Source of the DNA: an uncultured Planctomycetia bacterium
GTDB taxonomy: Bacteria; Omnitrophota; Gorgyraeia; Duberdicusellales; 4484-171
Direction: 5' to 3'
NCBI GenBank assembly: GCA_964536865.1
Contig: CAZHYN010000002.1
Coordinates: 60,001-92,000, forward strand
DNA length: 32,000 bases
The position numbers were made by a program, and so were the translations under genes. The notes under the pieces are model-generated. The model had not been told where the DNA came from. It did no database searches and was given only the letters and a program-made list of their open reading frames with translations. Positions 20,276-27,231 of the stretch are shown one piece after another; position 1 is the first letter of the stretch; every line of letters starts with the position of its first letter.

Positions 20276-20288
20276 ACTATTTTCCTTA

Positions 20289-20867
20289 TTAACTTAGAAA
20301 AGAAACTAATCCCTTCCTTATGAGCATCACCGCTACTGCTACAAGAAGCAGAGAAGTTATTTTGGAAATAGCTCTTGTGCCTCTCTTTCCCAAGAGATTA
20401 AGAAAGAACTGAGAGAAATAAAAAATTATTCCTGCTAGGGCTAAATTTAAAACTAACGATAGAATAACCACCCCTAATCCAAAACGGGGCAAGAGTACCA
20501 AAGAGAGAGTAAGAACGCAAGGACCTGCCAAAAGAGGTGTTCCCAAAGGAACCACTCCCAAATCATCTCCCCATACTTCAGTATTATCCTTATAGATTAG
20601 AATATCTCTTATAGCTAAAATAAAGAGTACTGCTCCCCCACCTATATAAAAATCCTCCACCTTTATCCCTAGGAATTTAAAAATATATCTCCCTGCGAAT
20701 ACAAAAAATACCGTTATCCCCAAAGCGGTAAAGACTGACTGTTGAATAACTCGGTACTTTTCTTTCTCATTTAAGTTCTTAGTAAAATTTATAAATATGG
20801 GAAGCACCCCTAAGGGGTCTAGGGCGAAAAAAAGAGCTATAAAAGAAAAAACTATATTCTTAACCAC
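20289..20867 (-). CDS. MarC family (UPF0056) integral membrane protein
   Basis: 192 aa with about 6 hydrophobic segments. N-terminal FALDPLGVLPIF motif typical of MarC. Confidence 0.8.
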   Translation of the reverse strand: MVKNIVFSFIALFFALDPLGVLPIFINFTKNLNEKEKYRVIQQSVFTALGITVFFVFAGRYIFKFLGIKVEDFYIGGGAVLFILAIRDILIYKDNTEVWGDDLGVVPLGTPLLAGPCVLTLSLVLLPRFGLGVVILSLVLNLALAGIIFYFSQFFLNLLGKRGTRAISKITSLLLVAVAVMLIRKGLVSFLS

Positions 20868-21591
20868 CTTCCTCCAATCTCTTTATCTCTTCTTTTATAC
20901 GCTCAATCCTCGCCTGAGGGGGAGGGTGACTACTTAAGAAAACAAAGGGATGAATTCCACCTTTTTTTTCTAACTTCTCCAACAGAGTAATTGCTCCTTG
21001 AGGATTAAATCCTGCTTTGTAGGCATACTTTACTCCTAAAGAGTCAGCCAAAAATTCATCCTGACGAGAATACCCTAAGGATACTATATTATAAATTACC
21101 TTTAATCCCTTCTTAATATCTATATACTCAGGAGTTCTTAGGGCTAAACTTAAGATTAGCTGTACTCCTAAGGAAGCCTGCAATCTCTTTAAACCATGAC
21201 GAGCGCAGATATGAGCTACCTCATGCCCTATACAAAAGGCAAGTTCATCTCTTCCTACCTCATCTATGAGGCCTCGATTTATGAACACATACCCTCCAGG
21301 AAGAGCAAAAGCATTAATCTCTTCTTCGTCAAGGATATAAAAATGATACTGTAGAGAGTTTCTATCACAAACCTTAGTTATCCTCTCCCCTATCTTTTGA
21401 AGATAGCGGTTAAGATTTTTATCTTTTACCGACCTCTTACTGCTTAATATCTGAAAAGCTAAATTTTTCCCCAATAGAATTTCTGTATTTTCATCTATGA
21501 AGTAGAATTCTCTCCTCTGAGTAGCAGGATTATAGATAGTTACACAACCATAAAGGAAAACCATCAAAGGAAATAAAGCAATCTGTCTCAT
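20860..21591 (-). CDS. M48-family zinc metallopeptidase, probable lipoprotein
   Basis: Signal peptide with LYGC lipobox. HEVAH zinc motif (GHEVAHICARH). FALPGG upstream motif. Confidence 0.85.
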   Translation of the reverse strand: MRQIALFPLMVFLYGCVTIYNPATQRREFYFIDENTEILLGKNLAFQILSSKRSVKDKNLNRYLQKIGERITKVCDRNSLQYHFYILDEEEINAFALPGGYVFINRGLIDEVGRDELAFCIGHEVAHICARHGLKRLQASLGVQLILSLALRTPEYIDIKKGLKVIYNIVSLGYSRQDEFLADSLGVKYAYKAGFNPQGAITLLEKLEKKGGIHPFVFLSSHPPPQARIERIKEEIKRLEEGG

Positions 21592-22352
21592 TAATGGATT
21601 ATCCTTATCTGGTAAGGAATACTCACAATGATTTCTGGACCGTTATATTCTCTTATTCTACCAGTAACTTCTACTATCTTTCCTTTATAAAAAGTTAAAG
21701 GGTCTACTCCTTTCTCTTTAAAATACTTCCAACTATCTTTAAATATCACTACAGTAAAATCCTTACGCCAATCTTCGCCAAAGTTTAAAAAGATACATTT
21801 CTGTGACTGATAAGTATTTCTAACCTTTCCCTTCACAGTGCGTATCTCTCCTATAAATTTATGAGCGTCTTCGGCACTCACTACTTCGTAGGAGCCCCAA
21901 AGTCCCTTTCTATTTTGACGTGCTTTTTTCTGAAGGCTAATAAATAAATTTACATACTTAACATTAGGAGGACGAGTATAGATAACTGCATAACCTTCTT
22001 CTAATAATTTAGCGTTAATGAATACTCCATCTAAAAATACGTAACCTAGGAGCCTCCCGTATCTATCCTTTTTCTCTACATCAAACTCTACTCGCACTCT
22101 CTTTCCTTCTACTAAACTTCGATTAAACTCCTTTGCTTCCAAGGCAAAAGGTTGAGGATTAAATACCCACCTTCTGCCTTCATTTTGTCTAACTTCTGGG
22201 GTATCTATACCAATGTAACGTAAAACTTCTCCATTCTCTAACCTTACTGTGTCTCCATCAATTACCTCTACAACTTTTATTTGAGAAAAATCTAAAGGAG
22301 ATGCACAGGCACAAAAGAAAAAGAGAAGAAATAGGAGGAGGCGAGGTATCAC
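21591..22352 (-). CDS. Secreted/lipoprotein staphylococcal-nuclease (SNase/thermonuclease) homologue with C-terminal OB-fold-like domain
   Basis: Hydrophobic leader ending FFCAC. VIDGDTVRL...RYIGIDTPE and DRYGRLLGYVF SNase motifs. The ~90-aa tail (VKGKV...CIFLNFG...FTVVIF...GKIVEVTGRI) looks OB-like. Confidence 0.8.
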   Translation of the reverse strand: MIPRLLLFLLFFFCACASPLDFSQIKVVEVIDGDTVRLENGEVLRYIGIDTPEVRQNEGRRWVFNPQPFALEAKEFNRSLVEGKRVRVEFDVEKKDRYGRLLGYVFLDGVFINAKLLEEGYAVIYTRPPNVKYVNLFISLQKKARQNRKGLWGSYEVVSAEDAHKFIGEIRTVKGKVRNTYQSQKCIFLNFGEDWRKDFTVVIFKDSWKYFKEKGVDPLTFYKGKIVEVTGRIREYNGPEIIVSIPYQIRIIH

Positions 22353-22741
22353 TCTAGCTCTCTGATTATCTTAAAAAATATCTTCTGAGCATACTGTGGT
22401 TTAGGAAGAAGATATTTGCGTGCAGATACTCTTAAACGCTGCTCATTCTCTCCTACAGAATCAATTCTAATAGTTAAATCTATCTCTGCAATCTTTGCCT
22501 TAATTATTCCTTTAGACTCGTTACTCTCTAAAATTTCTGCATCTTCTATCTTATCCAAAACTTTTCGAGATATATCCCAAAGCTCTCTATAGGTAACCTT
22601 TACATTACCCGTAGCAGAATCGTTACTTAAAGTATAACCTGTAAGTACTCCTACACCTATTAATAGAGGCGCACACCCTCCTCCTATAAAGCTTAATATA
22701 ACTGCTATTGTTAAAAGGATTCTATTTAAGTTTAGATACAT
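22349..22741 (-). CDS. Small hypothetical lipoprotein
   Basis: 130 aa. Leader LTIAVILSFIGGGC. I recognise no family. Coupled to neighbours by a 4-nt overlap with the SNase gene and a 20-nt overlap with the upstream gene. Confidence 0.6.
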   Translation of the reverse strand: MYLNLNRILLTIAVILSFIGGGCAPLLIGVGVLTGYTLSNDSATGNVKVTYRELWDISRKVLDKIEDAEILESNESKGIIKAKIAEIDLTIRIDSVGENEQRLRVSARKYLLPKPQYAQKIFFKIIRELE

Positions 22742-23828
22742 ACTTTTTAAGAGAAAAATTTCTTATAAAAAAATTACTTAATGCCTCTCTCAACCTGTCA
22801 ACTTCTATACTTAACTCTTCACTTGCCTTTAAGGTATAAGGCTTAACACCTAAAACTAGTATATCAGGTAAATTGTGTCTTTTCAAGCTTTCCATTAAAA
22901 GATTTAGAGCAAGAGTGTGAGTAAAATATAATGAGGAACTGCTCAATTGATGAAGAGAAAACAATTCAAATCTAGAGAGAGAAGAGAAATGGACACTATC
23001 CACAATCAGAACAAATTCATACTCCCTCAATTTAGTCAAGTAATTCTCCAAACTTAAACCCACATCTAAAACTTTCAACGATAATTTTTCTTCCAAATCC
23101 TTAGCGAGAATACGTCCTATGCCATCATCTCCCCTCAAAGAATTCCCCAATCCTACAACTACTGCATTTTTAGCCAGAGAAAGTTTATCCTTCAATTTCA
23201 GAAGAATCTCCCCTTCATAGAGAGTGGGGACAAAAATTCCTCTCTCGGAAAGCTTACCTACTAATTCGCTAACAGTAGTAAATCTAATGGCAGAGAATCC
23301 TAAGAGTCGAGCTTGGTCAACTAAATCTTGACGGTCATCAATATAGACTATATCATCTTTAGTAGCACCAGCTGACTTTACTAATTCTTCATAAATTCTT
23401 TCTTCTGGTTTCACAGACTTAACTTGGAAAGAAAAAACAAATCCATCGAATAAGGAGAAAATCTCTCTAAAACTTCGATAAAGGTAGTTAAGATGTAACT
23501 CATTTATATTGGAAATTAAGTAAACCGGATAAATAAGTCTTAGAATTTTAACAAAAGAAACAACTTCCCAATTAGGGAAGAAGATTTTACACCATATATC
23601 TTTAAACTCCTCATAATCTATAGAGCAATTAAATTCTTTTTTAAACTTCTGATAAAAATCATAGTCAGAAACTAAACCTTTCTCAAAATCTTGAGCAAAA
23701 TTTTCATAGAAAAGAGCATCAATCACTCTTTGAGGAGGGGAACCTAACTTTGTCTTCATTTTTCCCAGAGCAAGATGATAGTCAAAGTTGAAAACAACAT
23801 TTCCCAGATCAAAAGCCAATACTTTCAT
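22722..23828 (-). CDS. HAD-superfamily phosphatase (YihX-like) fused to a hydrogenase-maturation-endopeptidase-like (A31, HycI/HybD) domain
   Basis: N-terminal MKVLAFDLGNVVF (HAD motif I variant) and YIDDRQDLV (motif IV). C-terminal VVVGLGNSLRGDDGIG, LIVDSV and FTHTL match the A31 protease signature order. Confidence 0.7.
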   Translation of the reverse strand: MKVLAFDLGNVVFNFDYHLALGKMKTKLGSPPQRVIDALFYENFAQDFEKGLVSDYDFYQKFKKEFNCSIDYEEFKDIWCKIFFPNWEVVSFVKILRLIYPVYLISNINELHLNYLYRSFREIFSLFDGFVFSFQVKSVKPEERIYEELVKSAGATKDDIVYIDDRQDLVDQARLLGFSAIRFTTVSELVGKLSERGIFVPTLYEGEILLKLKDKLSLAKNAVVVGLGNSLRGDDGIGRILAKDLEEKLSLKVLDVGLSLENYLTKLREYEFVLIVDSVHFSSLSRFELFSLHQLSSSSLYFTHTLALNLLMESLKRHNLPDILVLGVKPYTLKASEELSIEVDRLREALSNFFIRNFSLKKYVSKLK

Positions 23829-23941
23829 ATCGATAAAATATTAGAAAAAAAGACTACTTCTTTTCTACATTTAGATAAAGAAAAAAAATTACCCAATAAG
23901 GTTTTACAATATCAGGAAGGATTAAAAATACTCTCATCTTT

Positions 23942-24562
23942 CTATATTCTTTTCTTCCCTCCTATCGCTACAAAACCTCCTCGACCGAACCCTTTTTTTG
24001 GCTCCTCTACTTTATTTATCTTGTCGGGGAAATCAAATATTGTTTGATAGAAAGTAAACTTGTAAAATCCTATACTCTTAAGAAAACTCACAAGTTCATT
24101 AACACTGAAAAACCGAGCATGCTTATAAAACACGCTCTTTTTGTTCTGATAGAACCTACCTAAGAAACTATTCTTATCTATTATTCCCACAATAAGCTTT
24201 CCACCTTTTCTTAAAACTCTCTTAGCCTCTCTTAAAACTTCCTTGGGATGATTAACAAAACATATGGTAATAATAATTGTCACATATGAAAAGCTTCTGT
24301 CTCTAAAAGGTAATCTCTCCCCTGCACTTAAAAGAACATTTATCCCTCTTCTCTTAGCAAATCTTAACATATTCTTAGAAGGATCCACCCCATAACGTGT
24401 TCCTAAGGCAGAAGCAAATCTTCCTGTACCTACACCAATCTCTAAACCTCTTCCTCCCTTGGGCAAGATTCTTTTTATAGCCGCCACCTCAGATAGATAG
24501 GCAAATTTATTCTTCTTATACCACCCATCATACCTCTTATAATAGCGATCAAAGAGGTTCAT
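23942..24562 (-). CDS. Class I SAM-dependent methyltransferase
   Basis: LEIGVGTGRF motif I plus the RVLRKGGKLIV post-II region. I prefer ATG 24562, which forms an ATGA overlap with the upstream stop, over the track start at 24583. Confidence 0.8.
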   Translation of the reverse strand: MNLFDRYYKRYDGWYKKNKFAYLSEVAAIKRILPKGGRGLEIGVGTGRFASALGTRYGVDPSKNMLRFAKRRGINVLLSAGERLPFRDRSFSYVTIIITICFVNHPKEVLREAKRVLRKGGKLIVGIIDKNSFLGRFYQNKKSVFYKHARFFSVNELVSFLKSIGFYKFTFYQTIFDFPDKINKVEEPKKGFGRGGFVAIGGKKRI

Positions 24563-24876
24563 AGATTTAGGTCTCCCCACCAACCATCATAAAATCTCTT
24601 TAAATGTTCATAAAGCTCTTCGTCCATAGTATTCCTTCTTACATCCTCTTCTCTAAAAGAATAGCGGTAGTTTGCGCAGTAGTTAAGAATAATATCTTTT
24701 GCATGATTAATCTTTTTAATCATTTCTTGACAGTACTCTTTGTTTTTCTCTTTACATCTATCAGGATGGTATTTTAAACTTAATTTGCGATAGGCATTCT
24801 TTATCTCCTCCAGAGTTGCCTCTTCGTTTAAGCCTAATAACTTTCTTGCCTCCTCTATCTGCTTAAAATCTGCCAT
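24559..24876 (-). CDS. Stand-alone J-domain protein (DnaJ-like, no G/F or zinc-finger region)
   Basis: EIKNAYRKLSLKYHPDR carries the HPD motif. 105 aa. The C-terminal 45 aa are unassigned. Confidence 0.8.
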   Translation of the reverse strand: MADFKQIEEARKLLGLNEEATLEEIKNAYRKLSLKYHPDRCKEKNKEYCQEMIKKINHAKDIILNYCANYRYSFREEDVRRNTMDEELYEHLKRFYDGWWGDLNL

Positions 24877-24931
24877 TTACCACTCCTCTCTATAGGAGCC
24901 ATCACCTCCTTCTATCTATTATATTTATCTT

Positions 24932-25141
24932 TTAGAAACAAGTGGGACAACTCCCTGTAGAGCAGCTGGGGCCAGATATATCTTTTTTATCAAAGCTACC
25001 CACACTGAAAGAAGAGAAAACTTTCTCAACGTCCTTACTTCCGCATTTTTTACATGCGATCTCTATCGGTTGAGAAGTAACTCCTACTAATAGATCGAAC
25101 TTCTCCCCGCACTTTTTACAAAGATAAGAATAGATAGGCAT
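24932..25141 (-). CDS. FmdB-family zinc-ribbon protein
   Basis: MPIYSYLCKKCGEKFD...CKKCGS plus a Cys-rich tail CSTGSCPTCF. Strong SD (GAGGAGG). Confidence 0.8.
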   Translation of the reverse strand: MPIYSYLCKKCGEKFDLLVGVTSQPIEIACKKCGSKDVEKVFSSFSVGSFDKKDISGPSCSTGSCPTCF

Positions 25142-25179
25142 AGTCCCACCTCCTCATTTCTTAAATATAACTTTTAATC

Positions 25180-25764
25180 TTAATTGTGATAACCATTCAA
25201 GAACAACCTTACAACTTTAATGTCTTTCTGTAATAAGGGTCTCATCCTTATATTATAAGTAACTACAGCAGGATGGTAAAGAGGTATAATCTTCACAGAG
25301 TCAAAAGGGGAAGTAAACACCATCCCATGGATTTTATTTATTTTTTGAACTTTATTCTCTAAACCAAACTTCTTCATTATATAAAAGGTAGCAAAATTAC
25401 CCAAACAACAGATTACCATAGGTTTAATTATCTCAATCTGTCTATCAAGGTAAGGAGTGCAAGCAATTATCTCCTCTTCCTTAGGATTACGATTCTGGGG
25501 AGGTCGACATTTCAGAATATTAGTTATATATATCTCTTCTCTCTTGATCCCTATAGTATTTAGAAGCTCATCTAAAATCTTTCCTGCTGCTCCACAGAAA
25601 GGGGTCCCTTTCTCATCTTCCTTTGCTCCAGGAGCCTCTCCTACAAACATTATTTTAGCTTCCCAGCAGCCTCCTCCTACTACAGGGTTTTTCCTTTCTC
25701 TCCACAAATTACATTTTCTGCAATATAAAATTTCTTCCTCTATCTTTTTAAGAACACCTTTCAT
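25180..25764 (-). CDS. Uracil-DNA glycosylase, family 4
   Basis: CRKCNL Fe-S cysteines, GEAPGAKEDEKGTPFCGAAGKILD motif and a late HPA motif. 194 aa. Confidence 0.9.
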   Translation of the reverse strand: MKGVLKKIEEEILYCRKCNLWRERKNPVVGGGCWEAKIMFVGEAPGAKEDEKGTPFCGAAGKILDELLNTIGIKREEIYITNILKCRPPQNRNPKEEEIIACTPYLDRQIEIIKPMVICCLGNFATFYIMKKFGLENKVQKINKIHGMVFTSPFDSVKIIPLYHPAVVTYNIRMRPLLQKDIKVVRLFLNGYHN

Positions 25765-25765
25765 T

Positions 25766-26311
25766 TTATAAGCCTAATTCTTCACTAATACCTTTCATTG
25801 CTTCTAAACAAATGCTGATAAATTCACTAAGGGTAATTCCCAATTCTTGAGAACTCCTTATCTGTTCTCTGTTTGCCCCTCGGGCAAAACTCTTCTCTTT
25901 AAACCTATTAAGAACAAATTTAACATCTAAAGCTCTAAGAGACTTTTCTGGATGCATTAAAGCAGAAGCTACAATCAATCCTGTTAAAGGGTCAACAGCA
26001 TATAATGCCTTGGCCATCTTCGTTTTCCTTTCAATATGCCCGGGATGAGATTTTATTGCCTCAATCACCTCTTCATTAATACCTCGCTCTTTCAGAATCT
26101 CAGCAGTAACAAACCCATGTTGAGAAAAATCATCTTTTGTCTCCTCGTAATCTAAATCATGCAAAAGGCCAGCCAGGCCCCATAAATCCTGATCTTCTCC
26201 AAATTCTTTAGCTAATCTCCTCATACAAGCCTCAACAGCTAAACTATGTTTAATTAAATTCTTATTCTTTAGCCTTTCTTCTAACAACTTTAAGGCTTCT
26301 TTTCTGAACAT
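25766..26311 (-). CDS. HD-domain phosphohydrolase (HDIG-like)
   Basis: HSLAVEA...GLLHDLDYE motifs. The track start at 26347 is a GTG. ATG 26311 has GGAG 8 nt upstream. Confidence 0.8.
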   Translation of the reverse strand: MFRKEALKLLEERLKNKNLIKHSLAVEACMRRLAKEFGEDQDLWGLAGLLHDLDYEETKDDFSQHGFVTAEILKERGINEEVIEAIKSHPGHIERKTKMAKALYAVDPLTGLIVASALMHPEKSLRALDVKFVLNRFKEKSFARGANREQIRSSQELGITLSEFISICLEAMKGISEELGL

Positions 26312-26339
26312 CTTTACTGCTCCAGAATCTGCACAATAT

Positions 26340-26613
26340 CTACCCACGCCATCCCTCTTGAGCCATTTTCATAAATCTTACACGTTCCTCTTTATCCATC
26401 TCTTCTACCTTCACTTCAACTCTTACATCTTCATCCTCTTTTTTCAAAGCTTCTTCAATGCTGGTTATTAAGTAATCTTTAAAATGAAACCTTGCTTTCT
26501 TCTATATTTATATCTTTAATCATTCCTAACTCAAAAAGGCTATAGGCAATCTCAGGATGCTCAACACTTTTTAAAGCCTCCTCCATCCTAATTCTTTTAC
26601 TTCTCTCAACCAT
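26340..26613 (-). pseudogene. Frameshifted DUF59/MIP18-type Fe-S assembly protein gene
   Basis: ATG 26613 with SD GGGGAGGG gives MVERSKRIRMEEALKSVEHPEIAYSLFELGMIKDINIEESKVSF, then TAA at 26481-26479. The +1 frame continues KDYLITSIEEALKKEDEDVRVEVKVEEMDKEERVRFMKMAQEGWRG to TAG 26342-26340. The two halves look like the N- and C-terminal parts of one DUF59 protein. Confidence 0.6.
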
Positions 26614-26766
26614 AAACCCTCCCCTATTTAAATTTCTCCCTCCAAAATCTTTGTAATTATTAATATCCTGGTAGGAAGGGAAAGAGCTTTAAAGAAATCA
26701 GTAACTTTCCTCAAATCCAATCTTTCTATCTATCCCCTCCTGATTGGTTTATGATATTTGAATATT

Positions 26767-26794
26767 CTTATATCATAAGAAAAAAATATGTCAA
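26767..26794 (-). promoter_or_regulatory. Candidate promoter TTGACA-16 nt-TATAAG for the DUF59(pseudo)-HD-UDG unit
   Basis: Minus strand: TTGACA (26794-26789) and TATAAG (26772-26767). It lies about 150 nt upstream of ATG 26613. Confidence 0.35.
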
Positions 26795-26795
26795 T

Positions 26796-27041
26796 AAATT
26801 TACGGCTGGAGTTTCCCCATTTTTCCAGCTATCTGGCAAAGATTTAAAAATATTTAAATTTTTTACCTCAAAAAGTTCTTGAAAATATTGGCTTTTCAAA
26901 ATTTTGGGGAAACAGTTTCCCCATTTTTTAAGAATAAAAATTTAGCGGAAGGGTCCAGATTTTAATTTTTTTAACTCCTTATATTATAATAAGTTACATA
27001 ATTTTATAGATAAATTATGGGGAAACTCCAAATTTACGGCT
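26796..27041. mobile_element. MITE-like non-autonomous element (222 bp, apparently two units end to end) flanked by a 12-bp direct duplication
   Basis: AAATTTACGGCT (26796-26807) | GGAGTTTCCCCAT (26808-26820) ... ATGGGGAAACTCC (27017-27029) | AAATTTACGGCT (27030-27041). These are perfect 13-bp terminal inverted repeats with a perfect 12-bp flanking direct repeat. There is no ORF inside. Confidence 0.55.
26906..26922. repeat. Perfect 8-1-8 palindrome GGGGAAAC-A-GTTTCCCC repeating both element termini back to back
   Basis: GGGGAAAC at 26906-26913 and GTTTCCCC at 26915-22. The following ATTTTT matches the left terminus, so GTTTCCCCATTTTT occurs at both 26811-24 and 26915-28. An A/T run precedes it and a T6 run follows it. 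Confidence 0.9.
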
Positions 27042-27231
27042 TGTGGATGCAAACATCCTATAATCACAACTTTACCTCTATCTATATCAGAGTTGTTGTA
27101 GCTTCCAATTTCTCATCTTCTATTTTGTCGAGCTTCTATTCAAAAGAACGCTTACTTCTTTTCGAATAAGTTCAAATACTCTTTCTTCTAAATCTCGTAG
27201 AATACCCCCACAACAGATAAAAATCAAAAGT

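Noticed and set aside
20289-25764. Possible defence or toxin island (nuclease, protease, methyltransferase and J-domain genes close together)
   Set aside because: The nuclease and protease carry export signals, so they are envelope proteins. The methyltransferases are small-molecule/Methyltransf_11-like rather than DNA methyltransferases. I saw no restriction, ATPase, helicase, TIR, STING, Cas, Abi or toxin-antitoxin signatures.
26906-26930. The GGGGAAAC-A-GTTTCCCC palindrome followed by T6, read as an intrinsic terminator
   Set aside because: The T-run follows the hairpin only on the plus strand, where nothing is transcribed. On the coding (minus) strand the stem is followed by AAAATTTTG, which is weak. 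It may still attenuate read-through from the ferredoxin gene, but the identity with the element termini is the simpler explanation.
26808-27029. Possible CRISPR remnant, because the GTTTC...GAAAC-type motifs repeat
   Set aside because: There are only four copies of an 8-14 nt core. They occur in both orientations with irregular spacing. No 25-40 nt repeat unit is present and no cas genes occur in the window. The TIR plus duplication geometry explains them better.
26751-27169. Short plus-strand ORFs in the gap (43 aa at 26751-26882; 50 aa at 27017-27169), and the tiny MGKL... ORFs that start at each ATGGGGAAAC motif
   Set aside because: They have no Shine-Dalgarno sequence. The start codons are simply part of the inverted-repeat motif. 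The products are hydrophobic and low-complexity with no recognisable family. They lie opposite to all other genes.
27120-27230. 36-codon open frame on the minus strand immediately after the ferredoxin stop (..FICCGGILRDLEERVFELIRKEVSVLLNRSSTK)
   Set aside because: It has no ATG/GTG start (only a TTG 4 nt after the ferredoxin stop) and no ribosome-binding site, and I recognise no motif. It could be a relic of a decayed gene, but I cannot support that from sequence alone. The 190 bp between the element and the ferredoxin stop remain unexplained.
26640-27231. Structured RNA gene (SRP, RNase P, 6S, tmRNA or tRNA) in the large gap. Examples are GGAAGGGAAAGAGC at 26674-87 resembling the SRP domain IV string, GGAAGGGTCCAG at 26947-58 resembling the RNase P P4 region, and TTCGAAT at 27161-67
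   Set aside because: The matches are short and lack the complementary strands needed for the conserved helices. The region is too AT-rich, and no cloverleaf or acceptor stem can be drawn. An Infernal/Rfam scan would be needed for a definitive answer.
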